A stretch of DNA of 60,760 nucleotides, filler included, from Squatina squatina (lineage: Eukaryota): NCBI GenBank assembly GCA_031763465.1. It is 4 parts of 3 records of this genome, joined end to end, with 100 filler letters (N's around TTAATTAATTAA, not from the genome) between each part and the next. Parts side by side here need not be neighbours in the genome. Positions count along the whole stretch, not along the records: positions 31,261 to 45,925 come from JARFOE010000176.1; positions 46,026 to 60,760 come from JARFOE010000176.1; 2 more parts are not named here. One strand, written 5' to 3'. Shown here in pieces: positions 35,510-47,095 of this stretch. A model generated the notes under the pieces. It ran no database searches. It was not told where the DNA came from and worked only from the letters and a program-made list of their open reading frames with translations. How positions within the stretch are numbered: the stretch's first letter is position 1; each line of letters begins with the position of its first letter. The position numbers and the translations under genes are program-made.

Positions 35510-35750
35510 CATCAATAGGTCCAGGCAGCAGGCGATCGAGGGGGTTGTTTGCCCCGACTGCCTGCCTCTCTTCCGCGGCTACGCTCGCGCTCGGGTGTCC
35601 CTGGAGAGGGAGCACGTGGTGTCCGCCGGCACGCTCACGGCCTTCCGTGACCGGAGGGCGCCTAGGGGACTGGAGTGCATCCTCACTGGGGATGATGGGG
35701 TTTTAATTTGAGCACCGGGGTTTTTGTTTAAATTCATTTTGTATTTAGTT
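35510..35750 (+). mobile_element. Second Tx1-clade 3' end copy
   Basis: Closely repeats 34612-34830 (AATAGGTCCAGGCAG...CCCCGACTGCCTGCCTCTCTTCCGCGGCTAC). Confidence 0.75.
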
Positions 35751-36985
35751 TTACTTGTTATTTGTTCAATGTGTTAACCTGTTTTTACTCCAAAAGAGTA
35801 ACTTCTTAAAGGGGCTTTCAAAAGAGGAACTTCTTAAAGGGGGGCCTNNNNNNNNNNNNNNNNNNNNNNNNNNNNNNNNNNNNNNNNNNNNNNNNNNNNN
35901 NNNNNNNNNNNNNNNNNNNNNNNNNNNNNNNNNNNNNNNNNNNNNNNAGGAATCACCTTTATACTCCACCCACTGGAGTTGCTGCAGATGTACCTAGCAA
36001 AGTCACAACCTTGGTCCTGAGACCTTGCATAAAGTCAAAACCCATTCCCAGTACATAACAGCTTTTCATTGCTCAAAGATTTTAATGCTCTTGACCCAGG
36101 GAGAAGTTGATGCGATTTTTTTTTAAATGTGTATTTGTACTGCCTCAAGGAAGGGATCCAACTGCTGTGAAGAGACACCAACGGGATTTTTGCTGGACAG
36201 GAGAAGGGAGGGCATTAGTTTCTATTCTCCTTTGCTTCCTTTCCTTACTCTATCTGTACAGAAGTCTCTGGGGCTGATTAGCTGCAGATAGCACTGCTGT
36301 AACAGATCAAACAATGTACCCCAGCAGATGAGGATTTATTGTGGGAGATTTTGATTATAATGATGGCTGAGAGTAAGAGGAGCCAGCTTTTATATTTCCT
36401 GAATAATCTGGGAGAACTGAATAAAACACCACCAAACGTATTGTCCGAGGAGCTGCAGTATTAACATCTGTAGAACAGATTTTAGAAGTATACATGTACT
36501 TGAGCTGATTCTATAAATTATTGATGCCTTAAAGGACATGAACTGTAAAGCAGATGTCCTATCTCTCTGTGCGCATGTGAATGTGCATCTGTCAGTAAGA
36601 CTTACAAAATGTTTTATCTACCTCAATCAAATTCAGTAGAGTGATAGGTAGATAAACAGAGCATAATAGATGGCTGGAAGGCATTAATTCAATTGAATCA
36701 TTCCGATGAGGTCATAACTGTGAGAGTTAGATCCTATTATATGTAGGATAATAGACAGTGGGTGGTGAGTTACAAGGCACTCAACCAATTCAATGAAGGG
36801 ATTCATGAAAGACAGCAAAATTTGAATGGTGTAAACACACATGCCAACCTAAAAAACTAACAAAAGCTGACCAACAGTTTCAAAANNNNNNNNNNNNNNN
36901 NNNNNNNNNNNNNNNNNNNNNNNNNNNNNNNNNNNNNNNNNNNNNNNNNNNNNNNNNNNNNNNNNNNNNNNNNNNNNNNNNNNNN

Positions 36986-37065
36986 TTCCATACCTTGGGA
37001 GCCTCCTCTCAGCGAGGGTAGACATAGACGACAAAATCCAACACCACCTCAAATGTGCCAGCACA
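36986..37065 (+). mobile_element. RTE-clade LINE fragment
   Basis: FPYLGSLLSARVDIDDKIQHHLKCAS matches 51732-51810. Confidence 0.7.
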
Positions 37066-39433
37066 AAAATATATTCTGGGGTCCTGCAATAACTTTGGCC
37101 CAGGTTTTTGAATGGGGCAAGGAACGAGGTGTTTAAAAACATACACGGAATAGTTAATACAGCTTGGTCTTTCTTATTTCTCTTGCAGTTGAATGCGATG
37201 CTGATTTCCTGTGTTGTCCCATTCATGATGTTCTTTGCATGTGTGTGGTAACCGATCTAGCACAAAAGTTGTGTGGATGCTTAGTTCTTTTAAAGTTTAT
37301 AATCTGACCAATATTAAAGATTTTTTTTGTTGTTGATCAAACTGGGTAACTTTCCTCCTCAACCTTGAATTAATTTAGCTTTACAACGTGCACAGGAATC
37401 CTTACTAGAGCCCCTGTAATCAGTCCAGTGTGTCTACACACTGAGGCCTCACTTCAACAACAGGGAATGCTGTTTATTCAAGATAACCACAAAATACCAT
37501 TCCAAACATTTAAAAATGGCAGGTTATAATTCTTGTAAAGGAAAATCCTTTCTTTTGCTGTGGAAAATTATAGGTCCCTGTTGCAAATGTTTTTAGAACA
37601 AGAGTTCTGTTTNNNNNNNNNNTTTTTATATTACTGAAGTATAGCCAACATCGTAATATTGCCTGAAAACAGCACAGTGCAGTGCTGGTGCAGCTTACAG
37701 TCAAAACTTAGAATCTTGACTCAAAGGGCTTCAACTTAGTACACTGAGGCCAGGAAATTCCAGGGAGCTGCACCCGTTCCTCACTAGCAGTGTGGAGTAA
37801 ACAGGGTTTCCACCATACTTCTGGCGAAGTAATGGCCCTGGAATTGCGATGTTCCCATGCACCCAGGGAGACGTCGCAAAAACCGTCCAGAAACTTCTGG
37901 ACAGATCCAACGCTGGNNNNNNNNNNNNNNNNNNNNNNNNNNNNNNNNNNNNNNNNNNNNNNNNNNNNNNNNNNNNNNNNNNNNNNNNNNNNNNNNNNNN
38001 NNNNNNNNNNNNNNNNCACCAACAAATTACAGTGCCCATTACATCGGCTCCTTCAGTCAGGTTGTTCAAACACTTCTTTGAGTAACTAAAGAGTCGTCAT
38101 AAATTCCATCAATGATGGAATTGCTAGGAAGGGCTGTAATAATTTGGGCTGGATTTAATGGTGAGTTTTGGATACATTGCATTTTTCTGTTCAAATGTTT
38201 TGAAGGTGGCAGCCCTGGTGGCCTGCAGCATAGTGGTTGGGATTTACTGAAATGTAACATGATGTAGTCCAGGGGAGAAGAAACATTACAACATGCCAGG
38301 GGTGAGGAGGTGCTTCAACAAGACGATAGGGTGAATATGCACCAGGTTCTCCTCCCACCTCACTGCAGACAGGCGAAATCAAACAGTCACTTTGGGAACA
38401 GGCCACCACAGATATGGATGGAAGGTCACAGAGTTCTGCATGGTGTGGGGGGTGGGGGGGGCGGAAATTGTAAGAGGCAATATTTAAAAAGAAACAAGCA
38501 AGGAATGCAGTGGCAGAACAGTTAATTTGTTCAAACACAGTACTGTATGAATAGATGAGAAAAGGATACATTGTAATCTAACTGTAAAAGGGTGAGTGGA
38601 CAAATGCCNNNNNNNNNNCAGTGTCAATGACATTTAAAGAGCACACTCAGCAGCAAGTAGTTGAAGTTCAGAAAGCCTTAAAGCTCAAAACTCACAAAAG
38701 AAACAAGGAAAATGGTAGGATTCTTTCAAGAATGCCTCTATTTAGCCTCTATTTAAGTGGTGCCCTTTCAGCACAGAGGAAGGGCTTTTCATTTCACACA
38801 CCACATCGGCTCAGAGATTCTGTGCCACATTTGAGATTTTCCCCCACCCTCTTATCTGTCACCAACCTTTTTTTTTAAACAGTGTTTTCAGCCACCGGGG
38901 GATCTGCAGCTTAAGATACACAATTTTCTATTGTTTTGGCTACAGAATCCAAGACTGCTGTGATAATAGAAGGAAGGCGTTTTATTATACACAGCCTGAT
39001 GAGTCAGTTGGGCCTGCGCCAGAGGCATCAAGTAGAGCCTTTGTCAGAGTTTCAGTTGCCCATCTTTTCCCACTAGTTGAGTGGGAATAATCAGCTTTTG
39101 AAAAACAAATGTGGTATTCCCTTTTTAACTAGTTTGTGTAGGCTGAATGCAGGAGTATTAAACATAATCTACTTTTTGATAATGAGTCTCTCTTTTTTCC
39201 AGTGCATATTGATTCACATCACAATTTATGAAATTTGTGCTGTATTATTTCCAAAGTATATTGCATAGAAATTACAATACAGTAACAGGCCATTCAGCCC
39301 AACCAGTCCATGTTGGTGTGGGTCCTCTATCTGNNNNNNNNNNNNNNNNNNNNNNNNNNNNNNNNNNNNNNNNNNNNNNNNNNNNNNNNNNNNNNNNNNN
39401 NNNNNNNNNNNNNNNNNNNNNNNNNNNNNNNNN

Positions 39434-39570
39434 TGGGAGTTCCTTCACCACACGGACTGCAGCGGTTCAAGAAGGAGGCTCATCACCACCTTCTCAAGGG
39501 CAACTAGAGAATAGGGGAGCAAATACTGGCCTTGCCAGCAATGCCCACATCCCAGGATTGATTTAATAAA
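39434..39570 (+). mobile_element. LINE 3' end (CR1-like)
   Basis: GLQRFKKEAHHHLLKGN-stop followed by the tail AATACTGGCCTTGCCAGCAATGCCCACATCCC. Confidence 0.55.
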
Positions 39571-40039
39571 AAGGTAAAAAATGCACAGATGGGGTTTTCC
39601 CTCCCTGTGGAGCTGTGACCCGGACAGTGTTGGTGAAGTTTCACACACACCTCTCCTTCTTGTGAAGACCCATCCCTCAGTCGATCTCCTCCCACTGTGC
39701 GAAGTCGGTCAAACCCAGGTCCAGCCACCCCTTGTGTGCCCAGGGCCGCCAGAGGGTCCATTGAGCGATGGGGAATTGGCGCTGGATCTTTGGTCTTCAC
39801 TCCAATCTCACCAGCGACTTGGTGAGTGACCATTCCTGGCACAATGGGCTCTTTCTATGTAACCAGCTCTTCTCTAATGCACTTTGCACCCCACAGATTG
39901 CCCCGTGGTATTAATCTTTAACCAGCTGGGTGTTGGAATCACAGTTAGGTAGTGCACCACGAGTCAGGTAAGGTTAATACAAATTGATTGTTAACATATA
40001 TACAAACACTGAACTTTAGTCACATCTGCAGTTGGCAGG

Positions 40040-40665
40040 CTGGAGGGCGGGGTGGGGGAGATTTAGGGAATGGGAAACGGAGGAAAGAAAACAAACAAAG
40101 GATTGTAAATCTGAAGGAGCGAAGAAGCGGGAAGGTTGGTAGAAAAGGAGGGCAGAGAGAAGGATGGCGGAAGAGCAGAATGGAGAAAAGGAAGGGAAGG
40201 TAAAAGCGGAGCAGGAAAGGAGAGGAAAATGAAGGAAGGATTGAGGAAGAGAGGTAAGAATGGGAGAAGAAAAGGGAGCATGAAGAGAAAGAAGAGTGGG
40301 AAAGGAAAACGGAGAAGGATGGGAAGGATGGAGGCGAAAGCGGGAAAGGCGGAGGAAGAGAAGGAAGGATGGAGGAAAAGGAGGGGAGGATGAACGAAGA
40401 GATGGAAAGGACGATAACAAGGAGGGAAGGATGGAGGCGAAAGCAGGAATGACAGAGGAAGAGAAGCAAGGATGGAGGCAGAGAAGGAAGAATGGAGGAA
40501 AAGGAGGGGAGGATGAATGAAGAGAAGGGAAGGACAGGGGACAAGGAGGGAAGGATGGAGGCGAAAGCGGGAAGGACAGAGGAAGAGAAGGGGGGAAGAA
40601 TGAAAGAAATGAAAGTGTTGATGGAGGGTAAGGATGGATGGTGGAAGATGGGAAGGATGGAGGAG
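40040..40665. repeat. Polypurine low-complexity tract with ~103-124-bp internal repeats
   Basis: GGGAAGGATGGAGGCGAAAGC recurs at about 40321, 40424 and 40548. Confidence 0.85.
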
Positions 40666-40927
40666 TGCACCCGATCAGAATTAGAACCTTGCTGTAGTAA
40701 CACATTCTGTGCTGACCCGGGGGGTCCCTGTTATATAACCAGAGTTTGAACAATCTTATAGGTCACACTCTACAGAAAAGTCCAATGTCTCCGTGATGTT
40801 AATCTTTAACCAGACGGAAACCCGAGAGGCAACATCGAACCACAAACACACGGCGGTTGATCACAGGTGGGCCCTTGGCATTCTCCTTGTACTTCATTTT
40901 CAAACATTACTGTTAACCATCTCAATG

Positions 40928-41148
40928 TTCAAAATAGTGGCCATGGGATCTTTTACATCCACGTGAAAGAGCAGGGTGGGGTGGGGGCCTTCGGTTTAAC
41001 GGTTCATCTGAAAGATGCCACCTCAGACAGTGCAGCGTCCCTCAGGACTGCACTGGGAGTCTCAGCCTAGATTTTTGTGCTCATGTCTCTGGGACTTGAA
41101 TCCACAACCTTCAGACTCAGAGGCGAGAGTGTGCCAGCAACTGAGCCC
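40928..41148 (-). mobile_element. DeuSINE 5' half with Pol III A/B boxes
   Basis: Minus strand GGCTCAGTTGCTGG (A box), GGATTCAAGTCCC (B box), then the Deu core GTAAAAGATCCCATGGC. Confidence 0.8.
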
Positions 41149-41404
41149 TGAATAACACTTGACAGATCGAGGAAGTAACTTCTGGGGATGGGTCGGTGTC
41201 AGAAATATTTTTTATTGATATCGCTCTTGTTCAGCGCCTTGGGATGTTTTGTTGTTGTTGGACGTGGGGAAGACCCTCTTCCAATTCCAGTTCCTGATGA
41301 ATCGTGCTGTCACAATCCGTTGTCCCCCCACTGACCTCTGACCTTCCCTCCAGTGTGCTTCCTTTCTCAGGCTCGAAGTACCGTGAACCTCCCTTTCGAT
41401 CAAA

Positions 41405-42124
41405 ATGGCCGAGCGTAGGAGAGTCGGCGAAGAGCGGCTGAGCGGGAGTGGTCGTGCGCCCGCTTTCACCATCCGCCAGTACCGAGCGGGGGATTTCCAG
41501 GACGCCAGGAGAATCTGTGCCGAAGGAGGCGCGGAGTTGGCGATGATGGCGTTCAAACGGGCCGCGCGCTCTCCGTCCAATGTGTGTCTGCTTTTGCCCA
41601 TCGGTGGGACGGTTTATGGCATCACTGGTTCACTGGCGTGTGCCAGTCTGGCATGCCTGGCACTCCTGGCACTCGTGTACCTGGTGTGCAGGGAGGTCCA
41701 TGGCAGCTACGTCAGGGAGAGGCTGAAGTCCGACATGGCGGACATCGAGGGGCACTACCTGAAAGTGCCCGGGGCTGGCTTCTGGGTGGCAGTGGAGGAG
41801 GAGGGCGGGCGAGTGGTGGGCACTGTGGCCGTGAAAATGGAGCCCGGGGACCCGTCGTCCTGCCAGCTCTTCCGAATGTCCGTCGATCGGGGCTTCCGCC
41901 GGCAGGGATTGGGAAGGAGGCTGACGCAGAAGGTTCTGGATTTCGCCAAGGCTCACGGTTACCGGGTCTGCCTCCTCGAGACCACCAATGCCCAGGTGCC
42001 GGCCATCCAACTCTACCAGAAGATGGGCTTCCGGGTCCAAGGTTTCTGCTGCCCTGCATCAGATCTTGCGGTTCTGACCTTGTTATCCAAAATCCGGGTG
42101 TGTAAAATGAAGCAGAGTCTGTGA
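41405..42124 (+). CDS. NAT8/camello-family GNAT N-acetyltransferase, complete 239-aa single-exon CDS
   Basis: IRQY...D, a hydrophobic segment, SDMADIEGHYL..PGAGFWVA, VVGTVA, LFRMSVD..FRRQGLG (acetyl-CoA motif A) and LETT..Q..A..LYQKMGF. AAAATGG start context; splice acceptor cctttctcag at 41361-41370 in the 5' UTR. Confidence 0.92.
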   Translation: MAERRRVGEERLSGSGRAPAFTIRQYRAGDFQDARRICAEGGAELAMMAFKRAARSPSNVCLLLPIGGTVYGITGSLACASLACLALLALVYLVCREVHGSYVRERLKSDMADIEGHYLKVPGAGFWVAVEEEGGRVVGTVAVKMEPGDPSSCQLFRMSVDRGFRRQGLGRRLTQKVLDFAKAHGYRVCLLETTNAQVPAIQLYQKMGFRVQGFCCPASDLAVLTLLSKIRVCKMKQSL

Positions 42125-45100
42125 TTCGCGTCCGTTGAACCTTCACCTCCAACTGACCACCCCAACCCACCCAAACTCCAACTCATGGGTGATCAGTGCT
42201 GCCTCTCAGACAATTATGTCCCAGAGTACTCCATTGTGGGACCTGGAGACTGAGAAAAGGAATCTGTAGGGAGAGAATTGGTGGGGAGTAAAAGCTAAAA
42301 GTAGGCACAATGGAAAGTAAAACGAATACCGTGGAGCAACTTCAGGGATATAATTCAATCAACAAGTTCAGCTAATTTTTCACAGTGGGCAGACCTGCAT
42401 CAAAGTCTGTTAAAGTGGTTGGATTGTCCTGGGAAAGATATGCTCCTCCATTGGTAGAAGAAGGTTCTGTCAAGGAACTGTTTGATTCAGGATCAGAGTG
42501 TTTGTCAGGGAAGTTGGTTCTGTGTCAAGCTTTTGGTCTAGTACCTGATGAACTGGCTGAGAACCTTAGGGAATTGGACAGCCAGATCCCTCCTGAAAAT
42601 TAGTCAGGCACTTCCTCTATTGATTCTACATCTGCTGTTTGCAGATCGATCAGAAGAAGAAGTCACCCTAGAACGGGCCTTAGATTTAAAAAAAATGAAC
42701 AGTGGACAATTGGATATATACATGGAAATAATGTTTGCTTAATATTAGACTTTACAACATCTGTCTTGTGCATACATGTGTTTTATATTATTTAGTTTTA
42801 GTAATGTAATGGTCTGGTTTCCTCTTTGGCAGTGATGGATTGGAAACAGTCTTATAGTGGCTAAGTTGTTGTTTGGGCAGTTGCAAGCGATATGGCTCCA
42901 TTTATAATGTAATAATTTTGGTTGCTCGAGTGAACATTCAGGACTAGGTGGGTGAGATGGATGTGGTTGTAGTTCTTTAGGCCTACGCATGCAAAAGGAG
43001 GGTAAGAACATGAGGTAATAAGAAAGTATGACAAAAATTGGCCGCCTTGACTTCTGTGCTGATTCTAAAGCTGTAAAAAGTCTGTTGGTTAGCAAGGGCA
43101 GGGCAGCATGGTACAAAAATCCCTTCAGGAAATGTAGCATGTCCTCCCCCTGTATCTCAACTCTCCACGAATAGCAAGCTTTTGGCTACCTTCATCACCT
43201 CCACACAGAGAATGATTGTGCCTGTCATTCTGCTTGTTTAAATGATTGAACAATTAAAGCCAGATGAAGGTAAGGCTTACTACCAGTAGACATAACTGTT
43301 CAAGACTGGAGTGGAAAATTGTTTTATGGAATACTTAATTTTGCCCGCCTTTCGTAAATTGAAATGAACAGTAAAGCATCTGGGAAAATGCAGACAGGAT
43401 GATAATTTAGGCAGCCCCACGTGAAAAATGAGTGCTAGAAAGAGCACCGCCAGTGGTAATATTACATAAACACAATGTCACCNNNNNNNNNNNNNNNNNN
43501 NNNNNNNNNNNNNNNNNNNNNNNNNNNNNNNNNNNNNNNNNNNNNNNNNNNNNNNNNNNNNNNNNNNNNNNNNNNNNNNNNNAGCTGATCAGTGGTGAGG
43601 TGGGTGGGGGGAACTGCTTCTTGGGCCCTGGGCAGCAAGGCTTACTTGTATCAACACTCACAATGACAGGAGCTAATAGCACCAAAAGGACCAAGGAGAG
43701 GTTGTCCCTGAGCCACCATCCTTCTCAATGGAATTATTCTCTGTCCCTCTTAATTCTGTGATACCTAGACACTCAGCATCCTACTCCATGATCGGAGGTC
43801 ATACCCTACAGTCCTTTTTGACCCTTCCTCTTCTAGGTACTTCACAACCCTGCGAGCTGCCCTCTCTCTTCCCAATATGCCCACTGCTCAGCACTGACCT
43901 TCCCGTCCCTCACCTGTGAGTGTTCTAAATTCAAACACACCCTCCCTGCGTCCGCTTACCCCAAGACCCTTNNNNNNNNNNGACCGCAAGGCTTTCTTAC
44001 CCCTGAAGCTCCCAAATGCAGCACCTCGTTCTACCACGCAATAGTATCATCTGCCCACTGTTCCCAAATGCTAAGGCCATCCCCCACATCTCAGAGCACC
44101 TCCCTCTTTGAGAGCCTGGGATGCCCCAATTTTCACAAATTCTCCTCATTCCTTCCAGGCCCCACTACTTCCACGTCCAGACAACATCTCCACTACTCTC
44201 ATGCCTGAGAATCCAACTCTATTTCTTTAACACTCTGCCACCGTGCTACCAACACTGCCACACAACTTGGCAGCACCATCATCGCCTACTCTCATACTGT
44301 GTGATCTCCACCACTTAATCTTCCCATACCCCAAAAACACATTACTTACTTCTCCCACACCTGTAAACAACCCTCTCAAATTCTAGCAGACACCCCTCCC
44401 CATACTCCAAAATCCCCACGCCTCTACAATATAAAAAATATATTATACTTTTACCTCTTCTCTTCAACATAACCACCCTAATTCCCTCATTCTGGCTCTT
44501 GCCTCATCACACCAACTTATTTCTTGCTTACCAGCCACCATCACCAAACCCTCTGAAACCTCTAACTTTCCTCCTCCAATCTTTAACTGCTCCCCGCCCC
44601 TTTATCACCCACTTACTGCCACCAACCTCTCGCATTTGCCATCTTCCACCTCTCTGCAGCTCCATTCTTTTCCCCTCCTTTCTACCTAACATTTTACAAC
44701 TTCTCAATAACTCAACCCAATTTCATTAACCTTTCCCTCTGTCCATTGTGTATCCAATAGTGTGCCAACATGGCAAACTCCAACATGACCCCATCTCCTT
44801 TGAAAGCAAGTCTTCCACAGAATAGCCTGACTTGTCTGCTTCATGCCTCACACACACTGACATAAGCAGCATACCCAACCCCATCACGCAAACTAACAAA
44901 TGTAAGATTCTGCAACTATCGTTACAATATCTACAGTCATATAAAAACTTTTCAATATACTGTTTCATCTTATTTTTCAATAAATTAAGTTCACTTCCTT
45001 TCAATTTTTACCTAGGGGTCAGTTTTAACTGGCTGGGTCAGTTGCCTGTCTTACACCTTTCAGATTTCCCTTTACATTGACCGGCGGGAGGGCTGGAATA

Positions 45101-45837
45101 GTTAAAATCAGTAATTTCTCTCTACCTTTTCCCCTACTTTACATTCTTTATTCTTAGCCATTTTCCTTTTTTTCCTCAACATTATTAAAAACATAACACA
45201 ACAATATACATTCTCCAATGTACTACATAATCCTCCTGTCCTTATCTAACAACATCCTCCAATCTCCCTTGACTATTGCCAGCACAAAATCTAAATGCAT
45301 ATTTTTAATCACAGATTTTTGTAATTTTGTAGTAAATAAATTTCCTTTTTTTTCACTTTTTTCAATGAGCAACTAATCGGGAGAGTAGTTAATATATGTA
45401 ATAAAGCAATTATAAGTGTTTATGGAACAAATATTTGAACTCCAGGACTGTCATTTGAGCTTTGAACAAGTATGAACCAGCTACATGTGTCAGACATGGA
45501 GTTTAAATTGGATAACAAATGAAAGACTTGGTCATTAGGCTTTGAATCACCTGTGGCTTAGTCTAAGGAGGCCATGTTATATCCTGAAATCCATAATAAA
45601 GGCTTCTTTGGTCCTAATTAATTGATTGCAGCTGTAGTTGATTATATTTTATGGTCAATTAATCTGTGAAAGAAATGTTTCCTCTCTAATTACACAGAAA
45701 TTCCTTATTTTGTTCCCTATCTGTTTTTATCCCTCGAAAAAGACTTGTAGCACTTGACTTCCCTTAAAGGGGCCACATTGCTCTTGAAATTCTTCTGTAC
45801 CAGCGTCATGAAATATGTTCATTCTGCATCTGATACT

Positions 45838-45925
45838 ACAGATCTAGGTTCACACTGCAGTGCGGTGCTGAGGGAGTGCTGCACTGTCGGAGGTGCCATC
45901 TCCCGGAGGAGACATTAAAGCAAGG
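45838..45925 (+). mobile_element. DeuSINE fragment
   Basis: GCTGAGGGAGTGCTGCACTGTCGGAGGTGCCATC...GAGACATTAAA. Confidence 0.75.
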
Positions 45926-46025
45926 NNNNNNNNNNNNNNNNNNNNNNNNNNNNNNNNNNNNNNNNNNNNTTAATTAATTAANNNNNNNNNNNNNNNNNNN
46001 NNNNNNNNNNNNNNNNNNNNNNNNN
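45926..46025. other. Artificial scaffold-joining spacer
   Basis: 44 N + TTAATTAATTAA + 44 N. Confidence 0.95.
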
Positions 46026-46664
46026 CTGGTGCCCCCTTATCTACTCTGCTAGTTACATCCTCAAAAAACTTTAGTAGGTTGGTCATACATGATTTCCCTT
46101 TCATAAATCCATTTTGGTTCTGTCTAATCCTATTATTGTTATCTAAGTATCCTGTTATCGTGTCCTTTAGAATAGACTCTAGCATTTTTCCTAATATTGA
46201 TGTCAGGCTAACGGGTCTATAGTTCACTGTTTTCTCCCTCCCTCCTTTCTTAAATAGTGGGATCACACTTGCAACCCTCCAATCTTCAGGAACCATTCCA
46301 GAATCTATAGAATTTTTGAAGATGACACCAATGTATCCAATATTTCTATAGCCACCTCTTTCAGAACGCTGGGATCTAGATTATCAGGTCCTGGGGATTT
46401 ATCAACTTTCCGCCCCATTAATTTCACCAGAACTATTTTTTTACTGGTACTAATTTCCTTCAATTCCTCATACTCACTCGACCCTTGGTTCTCTAGTATT
46501 TCTGTAAGATTTTTTGTGTCTTCTTCCGTGAAAACAGATCCAAAGTATTTGTTCAATTGCTGTGCCATTTACTTATTCCCCATTATGAATTCTCCCAGCT
46601 CGGCCTGCAAGAGACCCACATTTGTCTTCACTAATCTTTTCCTTTTTACATACCTGCAGAAGCT
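46026..46664 (-). mobile_element. CR1-type LINE ORF2 fragment (N-terminal part of RT)
   Basis: LNKYFGSVFT, KSPGPD, VPEDWRVA.V.PLFKKG...NYRPVSLTS, GFMKGKSC.TNL; frameshifted. Confidence 0.9.
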
Positions 46665-47095
46665 TGACCTACATTGGCTCCTGCTTAAGCAATGCCTCGA
46701 TTTCAAAATTCTCATCCTTGTTTACAAATCCCTCCATGGCCTCACCCCTCCCTATCTCTATCTCCTTCAGCCTCACAACCCCATGAGATATCTGCGCTCC
46801 TCAATTCTGCCCTCTTGAGCATCCCTGATTATAATCCTTCAACCTTCAGTGACTGTGCCTTCAGCTGCCTAGGTTCTAAGCTCTGGAACTCTCTGCCTAA
46901 ACCTCTCCGCCTCTCTACCTTTCTTTCCACCTTTAAGATGGCCCTTAAAACCTAACTCTTTGACCAAGCTTTTGGTCATCTGCCGAAATTTCTTCTTATG
47001 TGGCTTGGTGTCAATTTCTTTTCTTACAACACTCCTGTGAAGCGCCTTGGGACATTTTACTACATTAAAGGCACCACATAAATAAAAGTTGTTGC
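46665..47095 (+). mobile_element. L2 LINE 3' end
   Basis: DLHWL...DFKILILVYKSLHGLTPPYL, AFSCLGSKLWNSLP, FK..LKT, and the tail CCTGTGAAGCGCCTTGGGACATTTTACTACATTAAAGGC...GTTGTTG. Confidence 0.85.

Noticed and set aside
40016-40753. Long Pro/Ser/Phe-rich and Glu/Gly/Arg-rich ORFs
   Set aside because: By-products of the polypurine tract, which lacks stop codons.
41212-42170. Several overlapping and antisense ORFs on the NAT8-like gene
   Set aside because: Expected shadows of a GC-rich CDS; no independent motifs.
42385-42680. Exon-like stretch after the NAT8-like gene
   Set aside because: Acceptor-like sites on both strands, but in-frame stops and no recognisable homology.
43640-43730. Minus-strand signal-peptide-like segment followed by GTAAGC
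   Set aside because: In-frame stop just upstream and no ATG.
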